Positions 18,778-28,402 of a DNA stretch of 64,000 bases are shown piece after piece; the stretch's first letter is position 1; each line of letters starts with the position of its first letter. The notes below the pieces were generated by a model that was not told the DNA's origin, did no database searches, and was given only the letters and a program-made list of their open reading frames with translations. Source of the DNA: Eubacteriales bacterium (GTDB lineage: Bacteria > Bacillota > Clostridia > Oscillospirales > CAG-272); the NCBI GenBank assembly GCA_045535375.1, contig JAZSLM010000019.1, positions 10,871-74,870 on the forward strand, in the 5' to 3' direction. Both the position numbers and the translations under genes were made by a program.

Positions 18778-19803
18778 ATGAATTCGGAATTTTTCGCCGC
18801 ACTTGACGAGCTTGAACAGAAGCGAGGCATATCCAAGGAGTATATGATCGAAAAGATCGAGGCGGCACTCGTTGCAGCTTATAAGAAGGAATACGGCAAC
18901 AACACCAACGTACGCGTAAGTATTGACGAAAATAAAAAGGACGTCCGCGTTTTCCAGCAGAAGACCGTCGTGGCACAGGTTGAGGATCCCGAAACCGAGA
19001 TCTCTCTTGAGGAAGCAAAGCTCCGCAACAAGAGAAGCACCGTCGGCAAGATCCTTGAGTTCGAGGTAAAGCCCAAGAACTTCCGCCGCCTTTCCGCGGG
19101 CGCGGCTCGCTCGGTGATCATCCAGGCTATCCGCGAGGCGGAAAGAAAGATCGCGCAGGAGGCTTACGAGGCTAAGCGCGAGGAGATCATCACCGCAACC
19201 GTATCCAAGATCGACGAGGAGAACGGAGACGTTATCATCTTCACCGGCACCGGCAACGCACGCCTTCGCCAGACCGAGCAGATCCCCGGCGAGGAATTCT
19301 TCATAGGTCAGAAGATCAAGATCTACATCTGCGAGGTAAACCGTGAGGCACGCGGTCCCCTGATCACCATTTCGAGAGCGCATCCCGGCCTTGTACGCCG
19401 TATGTTCGAGCTCGAGGTCCCCGAGATCCAGGAGGGCATCGTTACCATCAAGGGCATCGCACGCGAGGCAGGCTCCAGAACCAAGATCGCGGTATTCTCG
19501 GAGGACGAGAGCGTTGATCCCGTCGGTTCCTGCGTCGGCGCAAAGGGTATGCGTATAAACACCATCCTTGGTGAGCTTGACGGCGAGAAGGTAGATATCA
19601 TCAAGTACAGCGAGGATCCCGCGGAGTATATTGCAGCCGCTCTCGCGCCCGCAACCGTTGAGTCCGTCACAATGCTCGGCGAGAAGACCGCGCACGTAGT
19701 CGTCAGACCCGACCAGCTCTCGCTCGCGATCGGTCGCGAGGGTCAGAACGCACGTCTTGCCGCAAGACTTACCGGCTGCAAGATCGATATCAAGCCCGAA
19801 TAA
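18778..19803 (+). CDS. nusA: Transcription termination/antitermination factor NusA
   Basis: N-terminal domain, S1 and two KH domains (SRTKIAVFSEDESVDPVGSCVGAKGMRI, AIGREGQNARLAARLTG). Confidence 0.95.
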   Translation: MNSEFFAALDELEQKRGISKEYMIEKIEAALVAAYKKEYGNNTNVRVSIDENKKDVRVFQQKTVVAQVEDPETEISLEEAKLRNKRSTVGKILEFEVKPKNFRRLSAGAARSVIIQAIREAERKIAQEAYEAKREEIITATVSKIDEENGDVIIFTGTGNARLRQTEQIPGEEFFIGQKIKIYICEVNREARGPLITISRAHPGLVRRMFELEVPEIQEGIVTIKGIAREAGSRTKIAVFSEDESVDPVGSCVGAKGMRINTILGELDGEKVDIIKYSEDPAEYIAAALAPATVESVTMLGEKTAHVVVRPDQLSLAIGREGQNARLAARLTGCKIDIKPE

Positions 19804-19814
19804 CATAAATAAAA

Positions 19815-20105
19815 ATGGCAAAGAAACAGCAAGTATTGCCGCAAAAAAAGATACCGATGCGCCAGTGCCTCGGATGCAACGAGCATAAGCCGAAGATAGA
19901 GCTTATCCGCATCCTTCGCACGCCCGAGGGGGAGATCACCCTCGATACCACCGGCAAAAAGTCGGGCAGAGGCGCGTATATCTGCAAAAATCCCGCGTGT
20001 CTTAAAAAACTGCGCCGCAACCGCCGCGCCGAGTCAAATCTCGGTGTCAGCATCCCCGAAGAGGTTTGGGATGCGCTCGAGGCGGCACTCGCGGAGGAAA
20101 AGTGA
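19815..20105 (+). CDS. ylxR: YlxR/RnpM-family (DUF448) RNA-binding protein
   Basis: RQCLGCNEHKPKIELIRI and GRGAYIC motifs; located between nusA and the L7Ae gene. Confidence 0.8.
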   Translation: MAKKQQVLPQKKIPMRQCLGCNEHKPKIELIRILRTPEGEITLDTTGKKSGRGAYICKNPACLKKLRRNRRAESNLGVSIPEEVWDALEAALAEEK

Positions 20106-20440
20106 TGGGAAACAGCCCAAAGGAAAAGCTTCTCGGAATGCTGGGGCTGTGCATCCGCGCACGCCGCGCGGTCTGCGGAACCGTCAACGTCTGCGAGGCG
20201 CTTAAGGCAAGGAAAGCCGTTCTCGTGATCACCGCCTCGGATAATTCGGCGGCAACCGAGAAAAGACTTTTCGATCGCGCAAGCTTTTACGGCGTAAAGA
20301 TAATCAAAACCAACCTCACGTCCGCCGAGATCGGTGCGGCAACGGGCAAATCGCTCGTTGCGGCTATGGCGATAAGCGACGCCTCAATGGCATCGGCGGT
20401 CGAGAAAAAAGCGGAAGAAATGTCCGCAGCAAAACAATAA
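20105..20440 (+). CDS. L7Ae-family RNA-binding protein (YlxQ-like)
   Basis: Conserved position between ylxR and infB. ATG overlaps the ylxR stop (GTGATG). Confidence 0.75.
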   Translation: MGNSPKEKLLGMLGLCIRARRAVCGTVNVCEALKARKAVLVITASDNSAATEKRLFDRASFYGVKIIKTNLTSAEIGAATGKSLVAAMAISDASMASAVEKKAEEMSAAKQ

Positions 20441-20486
20441 AAACAAAAAGTACTAATTCGTATCCGTTAGGAGGAAGACAGATAAT

Positions 20487-23069
20487 ATGGCAGTCGGCTC
20501 TCAGTATAAAGTGAATCAGTTGGCAAAGGACCTCTCGATCAAGGCAAAGGATCTCACCGATCTTATGGCGGCGCAGGGACTTGACGCCAAAACACAAAAG
20601 GCTCTTGATAACTTCGAGCTTGACGTGATTTGGGAGGCACTCACCAAAGCGCATCAGATCGTTGGTATCGAGGATTATATCGACGGCGTGACAGGCATAC
20701 CCTCTTTGCGGAAAAAAGCCGCAGAGACGAAGCCCGAAGCTAAGGCAAAGGCGGAAAAGCCTGCCGGACAGCCCCAGGCAAAGTCCGAAAAGCCTGCGCC
20801 CAAAGCAGAAGAAAAGAAACCCGAGGCAAAGCCCGAGGTGAAGGCAGAGGGAAAGAAGCCCGAAGCTCCCAAGCAGGAAAAGAAGGCGGAAGAAAAGAAG
20901 CCCGAGCAGAAACCCGAGGAAAAGAAGCCCCAGGAAAAGCAGAACGTCGCGCGCAGTGCGGGCGAGCGTTTTGAGTCGCGCATGAGTGCGGCAAACGAAA
21001 AGTCAAAGCAGGAAAAGACCGAAAAGAAGCAGGAAAGACGCGAGGAAAAGAAATCGGGCAGAACTGCTATCGATATGCGCGCATCGGCACGTCCCGAGGG
21101 CGAGCGCGAGGTCGTAACCGTCAGCCCCAAGGCGGCAACCCGCGTTGTCGACACCAGAGGCAGCGGTGCCGTTGACCTTTCGAAGTATGACGATAACCTT
21201 GACGGCATCGTTCCCGAAAATATCCGCGAAGAGCGCGGCGGAAGCCAGAAGGTAAAGAAGTCCCCCGCTGCACAGAATGCGGAAAAGGATGGCGGAAACA
21301 ACCGTCAGGGACAGAAGAACCAGAATCAGGGCGGCAAAAACGAGGGCCGCAAGGATAACCGTCAGAACGGCAAGAACGACAGAAACAACAACAATAATAA
21401 CAATAAGGGCGGCAAGAACGGCAAGAAGGGCGGATTCGTTCCCACTCCTCCTCCCGCACCCGCAAAGAAGGTTCCCGTAAAGGCAGAGATCCCCGAGGAG
21501 ATCACCGTTGGCGAATTCGCGCAGAGGATCAAGGCTCCCGCAGGCGAAGTCATCAAGAGACTTATGCTCATGGGCATGATGGTGACCCTCAACCAGACCA
21601 TCGACTTCGACACCGCATTCCTCATCGCGGATGAGCTCGGTGCCGAGATCACCAAGGAAGTCGTCGTCAGCATCGAGGACAGACTCTTCGAAGAGGAAGA
21701 GGACAGCCCCGAGAACCTTGTTGAGCGCGCTCCCGTCGTTTGCGTAATGGGTCACGTTGACCACGGTAAGACCTCGCTTCTCGACGCTATCCGTAACACC
21801 CGCGTGACCGCAGGCGAGGCGGGCGGAATTACCCAGCATATCGGCGCATACCGCGTAAAGATCAACGGCAAGGAGATCACCTTCCTTGACACCCCCGGCC
21901 ACGAGGCGTTCACCGCAATGCGTGCCCGCGGCGCGCAGGCTACCGATATCGCGATCCTCGTTGTTGCGGCGGACGACGGTATCATGCCCCAGACAGTCGA
22001 GGCTATCAACCACGCAAAGGCTGCGGGCGTTCAGATCATCGTTGCCATCAACAAGATGGATAAGCTCGGAGCAAACCCCGACAATATCAAGACAGCACTC
22101 ACACAGTACGATCTCGTTCCCGAGGAATGGGGCGGCGACGTAATGTGCATCCCCGTTTCGGCACTCAAGCACGAGGGTATCGACGACCTTCTCGAGGCTA
22201 TCCTTCTCATCGCCGAGATGCAGGAATATAAGGCAAATCCGAACAGACGTGCAAAGGGTATCGTCATCGAGTCGAAGCTCGACCGCGGACGCGGACCCGT
22301 TGCAACCGTCCTCATCCAGAACGGTACTTTGCGCGCAGGAGACATCGTTATCGCGGGCACAGCCGTCGGACGTGTCAGAGCAATGACCGACCACACCGGC
22401 AGGACCGTAAAGGTCGCTCCTCCCTCGATGCCCGTTGAGATCACGGGTCTTGCGGACGTTCCTCAGGCAGGCGACGAGGTCAACGCAGTCGTTGACGAGA
22501 GAATGGCAAGAGAACTCGCCGAGCAGAGACGTGCTCAAGCGAAGGAAGAGGAGTTCAAGGCAAACGCGAGAACCAACCTCAACGACCTCTTCGCGCAGAT
22601 CCAGGAAGGTGTCAAGGAGCTCAACGTCATCGTCAAGGCAGACGTGGGAGGCTCCGCCGAGGCAGTCAAGCAGTCGCTTGAGAAGATCACCAACGAGGAA
22701 GTCAGAGTTCGCGTTATCCACGCGGCAGCGGGAGGTATCACCGAGGGTGACGTTATGTTCGCGGCGGCATCGAACGCCATCATCGTCGGTTTCAACACCC
22801 GTCCCGACCGTACCGCTCTCGATTCCGCAGAGCGCCAGGGCGTTGATATCCGCACCTACCGTATCATCTACGATTGCAACAACGAGATCACAGCCGCTAT
22901 GAAGGGTATGCTTGCTCCCAAATTCCAGGAGAAGCTGCTCGGTCATATCGAGGTCCGTCAGGTCATCCACGTTCCGAACGTCGGCTTCATCGCGGGCTCT
23001 TACGTTCAGGACGGTAAGATCACCCGTAAGGCGCAGATCCGCGTAGTACGCGACGGTATGGTTGTATAG
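20487..23069 (+). CDS. infB: Translation initiation factor IF-2, ended by an in-frame TAG; homology continues to the TAA at 23217-23219
   Basis: GTPase blocks [19 protein letters not shown] and NKMD. The frame after TAG 23067 encodes [25 protein letters not shown]..., the normal IF2 C-terminus. Confidence 0.9.
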   Translation: MAVGSQYKVNQLAKDLSIKAKDLTDLMAAQGLDAKTQKALDNFELDVIWEALTKAHQIVGIEDYIDGVTGIPSLRKKAAETKPEAKAKAEKPAGQPQAKSEKPAPKAEEKKPEAKPEVKAEGKKPEAPKQEKKAEEKKPEQKPEEKKPQEKQNVARSAGERFESRMSAANEKSKQEKTEKKQERREEKKSGRTAIDMRASARPEGEREVVTVSPKAATRVVDTRGSGAVDLSKYDDNLDGIVPENIREERGGSQKVKKSPAAQNAEKDGGNNRQGQKNQNQGGKNEGRKDNRQNGKNDRNNNNNNNKGGKNGKKGGFVPTPPPAPAKKVPVKAEIPEEITVGEFAQRIKAPAGEVIKRLMLMGMMVTLNQTIDFDTAFLIADELGAEITKEVVVSIEDRLFEEEEDSPENLVERAPVVCVMGHVDHGKTSLLDAIRNTRVTAGEAGGITQHIGAYRVKINGKEITFLDTPGHEAFTAMRARGAQATDIAILVVAADDGIMPQTVEAINHAKAAGVQIIVAINKMDKLGANPDNIKTALTQYDLVPEEWGGDVMCIPVSALKHEGIDDLLEAILLIAEMQEYKANPNRRAKGIVIESKLDRGRGPVATVLIQNGTLRAGDIVIAGTAVGRVRAMTDHTGRTVKVAPPSMPVEITGLADVPQAGDEVNAVVDERMARELAEQRRAQAKEEEFKANARTNLNDLFAQIQEGVKELNVIVKADVGGSAEAVKQSLEKITNEEVRVRVIHAAAGGITEGDVMFAAASNAIIVGFNTRPDRTALDSAERQGVDIRTYRIIYDCNNEITAAMKGMLAPKFQEKLLGHIEVRQVIHVPNVGFIAGSYVQDGKITRKAQIRVVRDGMVV

Positions 23070-23230
23070 GAAGATAAGATGGCATCTCTCCGCCGCTTCA
23101 AGGACGACGTCAGCGAAGTTGCGCAGGGCTACGAGTGCGGTGTCGGACTTGAGAAGTTCAATGACCTCAAGCTCGGCGATATACTCGAAGCTTTCGTGAT
23201 GGAAGAGATTGAACAGTAATTTATCATAAA

Positions 23231-23258
23231 AAGCAGGAAGCGGGAGCTTCCTGCTTTT
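23231..23258 (+). terminator. Intrinsic terminator after the complete infB reading frame
   Basis: AGCAGGAAGC-GGGA-GCTTCCTGCT followed by TTTT. Confidence 0.6.
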
Positions 23259-23259
23259 T

Positions 23260-23385
23260 ATGAATGATACTTCGCCCTGCGGGCGAAATGATAATCTGCC
23301 TGCGGCAGAATGATAATCGGCTTGCGCCGAATGATAATTTGCCTTCGGCAAAATGAAGGTGAATTTCCGCAAGCGGAAATTTTCG
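23260..23385. repeat. Tandem mini-hairpin array with an AATGATAAT linker, ending in the AAGGTGAATTTCC..GGAAATTTTCG module
   Basis: CTTCGCCCTGCGGGCGAA, CTGCCTGCGGCAG, CGGCTTGCGCCG and TTGCCTTCGGCAA are separated by ATGATAAT. Confidence 0.7.
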
Positions 23386-23745
23386 ATCAAATAAACGACA
23401 ACAATAGCGGGAAAGTTTTGGTCCACCTTTTTCAGAAAGGTATGCTTGCCTTCGGCAAGCTGCGACTCTGTCTTGTCGGCTCACGCCTCCATTTTCCTTC
23501 GGAAAACCGCCAGAGTCGCGCTCGTACTGAAAGCTTTTGAAGATTTTTAAGAAACTTTTCTCGAAAAGTTTCTTAAACAGAGCTCGAGACAGCGTCTCGA
23601 TTTAATGCGAAGGCTTCAGCCTTCGCTTCCGTGCTTCAAAACGGTGAAGCTCTGCTTCTCCGTTTTGGACAGAGTCAATACTTCCCGAATGTAGGGAAGT
23701 ATTGCGCTCTGTCACCCCCGCCGTCCGCAGACGGCGCAATTATAC
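23386..23745. repeat. Mosaic of shared intergenic modules
   Basis: Contains the reverse copy of GGCGGTTTTCCGAAGGAAAATGGAGGCG..GCCGACAAGACAGAGTCG, the AAGAAACTTTT..AAAAGTTTCTT palindrome, and the GACAGAGTCAATACTTCCC..GGGAAGTATTGCGCTCTGTC hairpin. Confidence 0.55.
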
Positions 23746-23762
23746 TTAATCCCATTGTAGTA

Positions 23763-23792
23763 TTGAATTTATCTGTTTTTTTATGATATAAT
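23763..23792 (+). promoter_or_regulatory. Promoter candidate for the Nudix gene
   Basis: TTGAAT-18 nt-TATAAT with an extended TG. Confidence 0.4.
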
Positions 23793-23823
23793 ACATTTAT
23801 TACCTCATCAAGGAGATAAAACT

Positions 23824-24282
23824 ATGTCAAGTTATATTATGGATTTACGTAAGATCGTCGGTCACAGACCTTTGCTGCAGGTTGGCGCGAGTGTTATTGT
23901 TGAGGACAAAGAGGGCAGAATATTGCTCCAATTAAGAAGCGATAATCATTGCTGGGGATACGCGGGCGGTTCGGTTGAGCTTGACGAGGTCGTTGAAGAA
24001 GCGGCAAAAAGAGAATTGTTTGAGGAAACCGGACTTGTCGCAAAAGAATTGACTCTATTCGGCGTTTTCTCGGGCAAAGACACTCATTATGTTTATCCCA
24101 ATGGAGACGAGGTTTCAAACGTGGATATTGTATATATATGCAAAGATTACAGCGGCGATTTGCTTTGCCAAGAGGGCGAGGTTGATGCGCTGAAGTTTTT
24201 CCCGATAGATCAGATTCCGGATAATATTTCTAAACCTATTGAAAAACAGTTGAAACAGTATATTGCCTCGAAGCTTCATTAA
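23824..24282 (+). CDS. Nudix hydrolase
   Basis: Nudix box GGSVELDEVVEEAAKRELFEETG. Confidence 0.8.
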   Translation: MSSYIMDLRKIVGHRPLLQVGASVIVEDKEGRILLQLRSDNHCWGYAGGSVELDEVVEEAAKRELFEETGLVAKELTLFGVFSGKDTHYVYPNGDEVSNVDIVYICKDYSGDLLCQEGEVDALKFFPIDQIPDNISKPIEKQLKQYIASKLH

Positions 24283-24286
24283 CCGA

Positions 24287-24323
24287 ATTTCAGTTGTCGA
24301 TATTTTGTCGACAACTGAATTTT
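24287..24323 (+). terminator. Terminator hairpin, sequence-related to the one at 25919-25954
   Basis: ATTCAGTTGTCGA..TCGACAACTGAAT followed by TTT. Confidence 0.55.
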
Positions 24324-24369
24324 AGTTTTGTGACAATAAATATCAATATATAATAACAAAATTATACTT

Positions 24370-24509
24370 GTAGGGGACGGCGCCTCGACGTTACGAGCCC
24401 AATTAAGTTATTGCTGTGTTTTTATTCAAGAAAACATCATTGTAGTTTCTGCATTTAGTCAACGCAATAATATCGTGCTGTCGCGGGACGTCGAGGCGCC
24501 GTCCCCTCC
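24370..24509. repeat. ~140-bp element with ~20-bp terminal inverted repeats, copy A (copy B at 51771-51910)
   Basis: GTAGGGGACGGCGCCTCGACGT ... ACGTCGAGGCGCCGTCCCCT flanking an AT-rich core. Confidence 0.6.
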
Positions 24510-24572
24510 GGATTATAATTTCATTTGAGCATATTGATACAATGTGCGCGAGAATGTAGTTCTTCGGATGTT

Positions 24573-24675
24573 GCGACCTCTGCGGAGGTCGCGCGATATA
24601 TCGGCTTGCGCCGATGCGATATATAAATACGATATATCCGCTTTGCGAATGCGATATGTTCCGCAAGCGGAACGT
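24573..24675 (+). repeat. Mini-hairpin array with a GCGATATAT-type linker, homologous to 26425-26540
   Basis: GCGACCTCTGCGGAGGTCGC, CGGCTTGCGCCG and TTCCGCAAGCGGAA, then CGTGAAAATTTTT. Confidence 0.65.
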
Positions 24676-24747
24676 GAAAATTTTTGATAAAATTTTGTAA
24701 GACTTCCCCCATTTTCGACACTAATAGATGAAGGGAGGTGAGAGGTG

Positions 24748-25239
24748 ATGAAGTTCGAGGAGATATACACCGAATATTTTTCCGACGTGTACCGATATAT
24801 GCTCCGGCTTTCGGGCGACGAGCACGTGGCGGAGGAGATAACGAGCGAGGCGTTTTTTGCGGCGCTTTCCTCGCTCGACCGGTTCCGCGGCGAGAGCGAG
24901 GTCCGCGTCTGGCTCTGCGGGATCGCGAAAAACTGCTACTATCAGTACCTCAAAAAGAAAAAGCCGATCGTCAGCATCGACGATGACGGTATCGAAGAAA
25001 TGCCGGATGACTCAGCCACGCCAGCCGAGCACGCGGCGGATAAGTCGCACGCGGAGCAGATAAGGCGGATATTGCACTCGATCCCCGACCCCTACCGTGA
25101 GGTCTTCATGTGGCGCGTCTTTGCCGAGCTTGACTTCCGCGAGATCGGTAAGCTCTTCGGAAAGACCGACAACTGGGCGTGTGTCACCTATCACCGTGCA
25201 AAAAATATGATCAAGGAACGAATGGAGGAAAAGAAATGA
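24748..25239 (+). CDS. ECF-type sigma-70 family RNA polymerase sigma factor
   Basis: Region 2 (YFSDVYRYMLRLSGDEHVAEEITSEAF) and region 4 (PDPYREVFMWRVFAELDFREIGKLFGKTDNWACVTYHRAK). GTG at 24745 is an alternative start. Confidence 0.8.
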   Translation: MKFEEIYTEYFSDVYRYMLRLSGDEHVAEEITSEAFFAALSSLDRFRGESEVRVWLCGIAKNCYYQYLKKKKPIVSIDDDGIEEMPDDSATPAEHAADKSHAEQIRRILHSIPDPYREVFMWRVFAELDFREIGKLFGKTDNWACVTYHRAKNMIKERMEEKK

Positions 25240-25910
25240 AAAACGAATGCAACATAGTCCGCGACCTTTTGCCGCTCTATATCGAGAATATGGTTAGTGC
25301 GGAAACAAAGGAGTTTGTCGAGGCGCACCTTTCAAAATGCCCGGAGTGTAATGAGCTGTATCTTTCTATGACAGAAAAAAGCGCGGAAGAGATCGCCGAT
25401 GACGAGGCGCAGAAAAAGATCCTTCCCTTGCGTTTAGTCAAGCGTAAGTTGCTGTGCAAAAAGATCGTAGCGTCCGCTATTTCGGTAGTGGTTTTGCTTG
25501 CGATAGTTATCGTTGCGGGAGTAAAAGCCTACGATTTTGTCGATAGGCAGAATAAGGTCGCTCATATAGATTACGGCACGTCAGAGCTATATTCGAAGGT
25601 AGAAATAATGAATGTGCTGAATGACAAAGTTCTTCCCCAAATATACAGATTTGGTTTTGGATATGATATTATTTCGGTCAGATATGCAGGCGATGAGGAG
25701 AGCATAGATTTCAGCCGGAATAATTCCGGAAATTATGACGCCTATATGGTTTTCGATGTTGAAATAAAAACTCCCGCGTGGGCAAAACCTATCTGGGGGC
25801 TCAAGCCGAATACCTATTACGACAATCTCAAGTGGCATGTGGCAATAGATTATGATTCCGCCCTTTGGGTGCAGACTTGGAATACACCTTATTCAAAACC
25901 CGCTGAATGA
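25236..25910 (+). CDS. Anti-sigma factor (zf-HC2) with one TM helix and an extracytoplasmic domain
   Basis: H-x3-C-x2-C (HLSKCPEC) motif, TM segment IVASAISVVVLLAIVIVAGV, and a start overlapping the sigma gene stop (ATGA). Confidence 0.7.
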   Translation: MKNECNIVRDLLPLYIENMVSAETKEFVEAHLSKCPECNELYLSMTEKSAEEIADDEAQKKILPLRLVKRKLLCKKIVASAISVVVLLAIVIVAGVKAYDFVDRQNKVAHIDYGTSELYSKVEIMNVLNDKVLPQIYRFGFGYDIISVRYAGDEESIDFSRNNSGNYDAYMVFDVEIKTPAWAKPIWGLKPNTYYDNLKWHVAIDYDSALWVQTWNTPYSKPAE

Positions 25911-25918
25911 AAATTAAA

Positions 25919-25954
25919 ATCAGTTGTCGACACTTTGTCGGCAACTGATTTTTA
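25919..25954 (+). terminator. Intrinsic terminator after the anti-sigma gene
   Basis: ATCAGTTGTCGA..TCGGCAACTGAT followed by TTTTT. Confidence 0.55.
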
Positions 25955-25980
25955 TATAGCGTATTATATCAATGTTTGCA

Positions 25981-26292
25981 ATGTTCGCACAAACTTATCA
26001 GCCTTCCCCGGTGGGGGAAGGTGGCAGCCGAAGGCTGACGAATGAGGCGCCTAATAAGATATTGTTTTTCGCGTTAGCGAAAATCTTCCAAAACATAGTT
26101 AACTAAATATTTTGTTCTGAACTCAGATTGCAAAAGAATACAATGCAAAGGTTATTTGCTAAATTTGATCCAGATATGGCTTTTTTATTGGTCAAACGGG
26201 AAGATTTTCTCGCTACGCTCGAAAAACAGTATCTTATAAAAACGCCTCATTCACCACTTCGTGGTCCCCCTTCCCCCACCGGGGAAGGCATA
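25981..26292 (+). mobile_element. MITE-like element, copy B
   Basis: Starts ATGTTCGCACAAA..TCAGCCTTCCCCGGTGGGGGAAGG and ends CCTTCCCCCACCGGGGAAGG. The interior matches the reverse complement of 17124-17449. Confidence 0.65.
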
Positions 26293-26424
26293 GTTCGCTT
26301 GCGGCGAACTGCCGTGTCTGCCTCGTCGGCTGAACGCCTCCGTTTTCCTTTGGAAAACCGTCAGACACGCGTTGTGGGCGTGAATTCTTTTGTTCAGCGT
26401 TCTGGATTTTGATATTTTGATGTT

Positions 26425-26540
26425 GCGCCGTCATGCGCGGCGCGCGATATGCTCGCTTCGCGAGCGCGATATATCGGCTGTGCCGATACGATATACCTTC
26501 GGCACGATATGTTCCGCTGTGCGGAACGTGAAATTTTTTA
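26425..26540 (+). repeat. Mini-hairpin array with a GCGATAT-type linker
   Basis: GCGCCGTCATGCGCGGCGC, GCTCGCTTCGCGAGC, CGGCTGTGCCG and TTCCGCTGTGCGGAA, then CGTGAAATTTTTT. Confidence 0.65.
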
Positions 26541-26570
26541 TAAAAACCGCATTTTTATTCATTTTAGGTA

Positions 26571-26599
26571 TTGACATATTCATTAAAATGTAGTATAAT
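26571..26599 (+). promoter_or_regulatory. Consensus sigma-A promoter for argG
   Basis: TTGACA-17 nt-TATAAT. Confidence 0.55.
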
Positions 26600-26620
26600 A
26601 TGCAAGTATTCAAAAAATCG

Positions 26621-26634
26621 TGCATATTTATGCA
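26621..26634 (+). promoter_or_regulatory. Palindromic ARG-box-like operator candidate
   Basis: TGCATATTTATGCA compared with the ARG-box core TGAAT-WWWW-ATTCA, lying between the -10 and the argG RBS. Confidence 0.3.
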
Positions 26635-26649
26635 AACAAGGAGTTAATT

Positions 26650-27888
26650 ATGAAAGTTCTCGACAAATCCAAGATCAAGAAAGTCGCCCTTGCTTATTCG
26701 GGCGGTCTCGATACATCCATCATCATTCCGTGGCTCAAGGAAAACTACAACAACTGCGAAGTAATCGCGATCTCGGGCAACGTCGGTCAGGCTGACGAGC
26801 TTGAGGGTCTTGAGGAAAAGGCGCTGAAGACCGGCGCGTCCAAGCTCTACGTCCTCGACCTTTGCGACGATTACGTTGACAATTACATCATCCCCACCAT
26901 GAAGGCGGGCGCGATCTATGAGGAATACCTCCTCGGCACCTCGCACGCTCGTCCCTGCATCGCGAAGGCTCTCGTTGAGGTAGCTCTCAAGGAAGGCTGC
27001 GACGCTATCTGCCACGGCTGTACCGGTAAGGGCAACGACCAGGTCCGTTTCGAGCTGACCATCAAGGCGTTCGCTCCCGATATGCCCATCATCGCTCCCT
27101 GGAGAGAGTGGGATATCAAGTCGCGTGAGGAAGAGATCGACTACGCGGAGGCGCACAACGTACCGCTCAAGATCAACCGCGAGACCAACTACTCGAAGGA
27201 TAAGAACCTCTGGCACCTCTCGCACGAGGGTCTTGACCTTGAGGACACCGGCAACGAGCCGCAGTACGAGAAGCCCGGCTTCCTCGAGATGGGCGTTTCT
27301 CCCATTATGGCTCCCGATAAGCCTACCTACATCGAGCTCGATTTCGTACAGGGTGCTCCCGTAGCACTCAACGGCGAAAAGATGAGCGCGAAGGATATCA
27401 TCCTCGCCCTCAATAAGATCGGCGGCGAGAACGGCATCGGTCTGCTTGACATCGTTGAAAACCGTCTTGTTGGTATGAAGTGCCGTGGCGTATACGAAAC
27501 TCCCGGCGGAGCGATCCTCTATAAGGCGCACAGCGTGCTCGAGTCGATCTGCCTTGACAAGTACACACTCCACGAAAAGCAGAAGCTTGCCGTCACATTC
27601 GGTGAGCTCGTATATAACGGCCAGTGGTTCACACCTCTCCGCGAGGCGCTTTCCGCGTTCGTTGACAAGACCCAGGAGACGGTTACCGGTAAGGTAAGAC
27701 TCAAGCTCTACAAGGGCAATATGATCAACGCGGGCGTATGGAGCGACTACTCTCTCTACAGCGAGGAGATCGCAACCTTCGGCGAATCCGACTACGACCA
27801 GTCGCAGGCGGCAGGATTCATCAATCTCTTTGGACTTCCCATTACCGTTAAGGCGATGGTCGATAAAAAAGTGAAGAGTGAAAAGTGA
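26650..27888 (+). CDS. argG: Argininosuccinate synthase
   Basis: [12 protein letters not shown]-binding motif. Start at ATG 26650 with AAGGAG upstream. Confidence 0.95.
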   Translation: MKVLDKSKIKKVALAYSGGLDTSIIIPWLKENYNNCEVIAISGNVGQADELEGLEEKALKTGASKLYVLDLCDDYVDNYIIPTMKAGAIYEEYLLGTSHARPCIAKALVEVALKEGCDAICHGCTGKGNDQVRFELTIKAFAPDMPIIAPWREWDIKSREEEIDYAEAHNVPLKINRETNYSKDKNLWHLSHEGLDLEDTGNEPQYEKPGFLEMGVSPIMAPDKPTYIELDFVQGAPVALNGEKMSAKDIILALNKIGGENGIGLLDIVENRLVGMKCRGVYETPGGAILYKAHSVLESICLDKYTLHEKQKLAVTFGELVYNGQWFTPLREALSAFVDKTQETVTGKVRLKLYKGNMINAGVWSDYSLYSEEIATFGESDYDQSQAAGFINLFGLPITVKAMVDKKVKSEK

Positions 27889-28400
27889 AAAGTGAAAAGG
27901 TGAGGTGAATTTCCTCGCTTTGCTCGGAAATTTTCGATTTTAATTAAAACCAAAGACAACAGCAGCGGGAAAGTTTTTGAAGATTCTTAAGTGACTTTTT
28001 TCAAAAAGTCACTTAAGTCGCCCTCCGCAGAGGGCGAAACTTCTCCGCGCTTCGAGCTGACTGCGCCCCGCAGGCAGCTCGGACAGAGTCAATAGCCCCC
28101 TTGCGGGGCTATTGTGCTCTGTCAATCTTTATAAAAATAAAATGAATGAGTCATACCTTCCGCGAGGGAAGGTATGACTCATTCCGAACAGTCGGCGGGG
28201 TGCCGCCTGTTCGAAGCACAAGGTGTTTCGCGCGGCTCTGGCGGTTTTCCGAAGGAAAATGGAGGCGGGAGCCGACAAGACAGAGTCGACTTTTGCCGTA
28301 GGCAAATATGTCTGCGGAGGGCGACTTAAGGCTCTGCCTTAAGAAACCGCAAACTTTTGAAAAAGTTTGATCAAAACTTTCAAGCTTTGAGAGGATTTAA
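27871..28400. repeat. ~530-bp mosaic of repeat modules filling the argG-argH spacer
   Basis: GTGAAAA heptamers, the AGGTGAATTTCC hairpin, CTTAAG palindromes, the GACAGAGTC..GCTCTGTC hairpin, a 105-bp module (28226-28330), and a 34-nt CGCAAACTTTTGAAAAAGTTTGATCAAAACTTTC module. Confidence 0.65.
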
Positions 28401-28402
28401 TT

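Noticed and set aside
21240-21440. Asn/Lys/Gly-rich low-complexity stretch ([16 protein letters not shown]) as a possible repeat element
   Set aside because: It is in frame within the variable N-terminal region of IF2, which is typically low-complexity. It is not an independent feature.
23079-23219. Independent small gene ([11 protein letters not shown].., 46 aa) after infB
   Set aside because: It is the in-frame continuation of IF2 domain C2 with no RBS of its own. It is interpreted as part of infB interrupted by TAG.
26128-26412. 94-aa ORF
   Set aside because: It lies entirely inside MITE copy B and adjoining repeat modules. There is no RBS, and the equivalent frame is not conserved in the inverted copy A.
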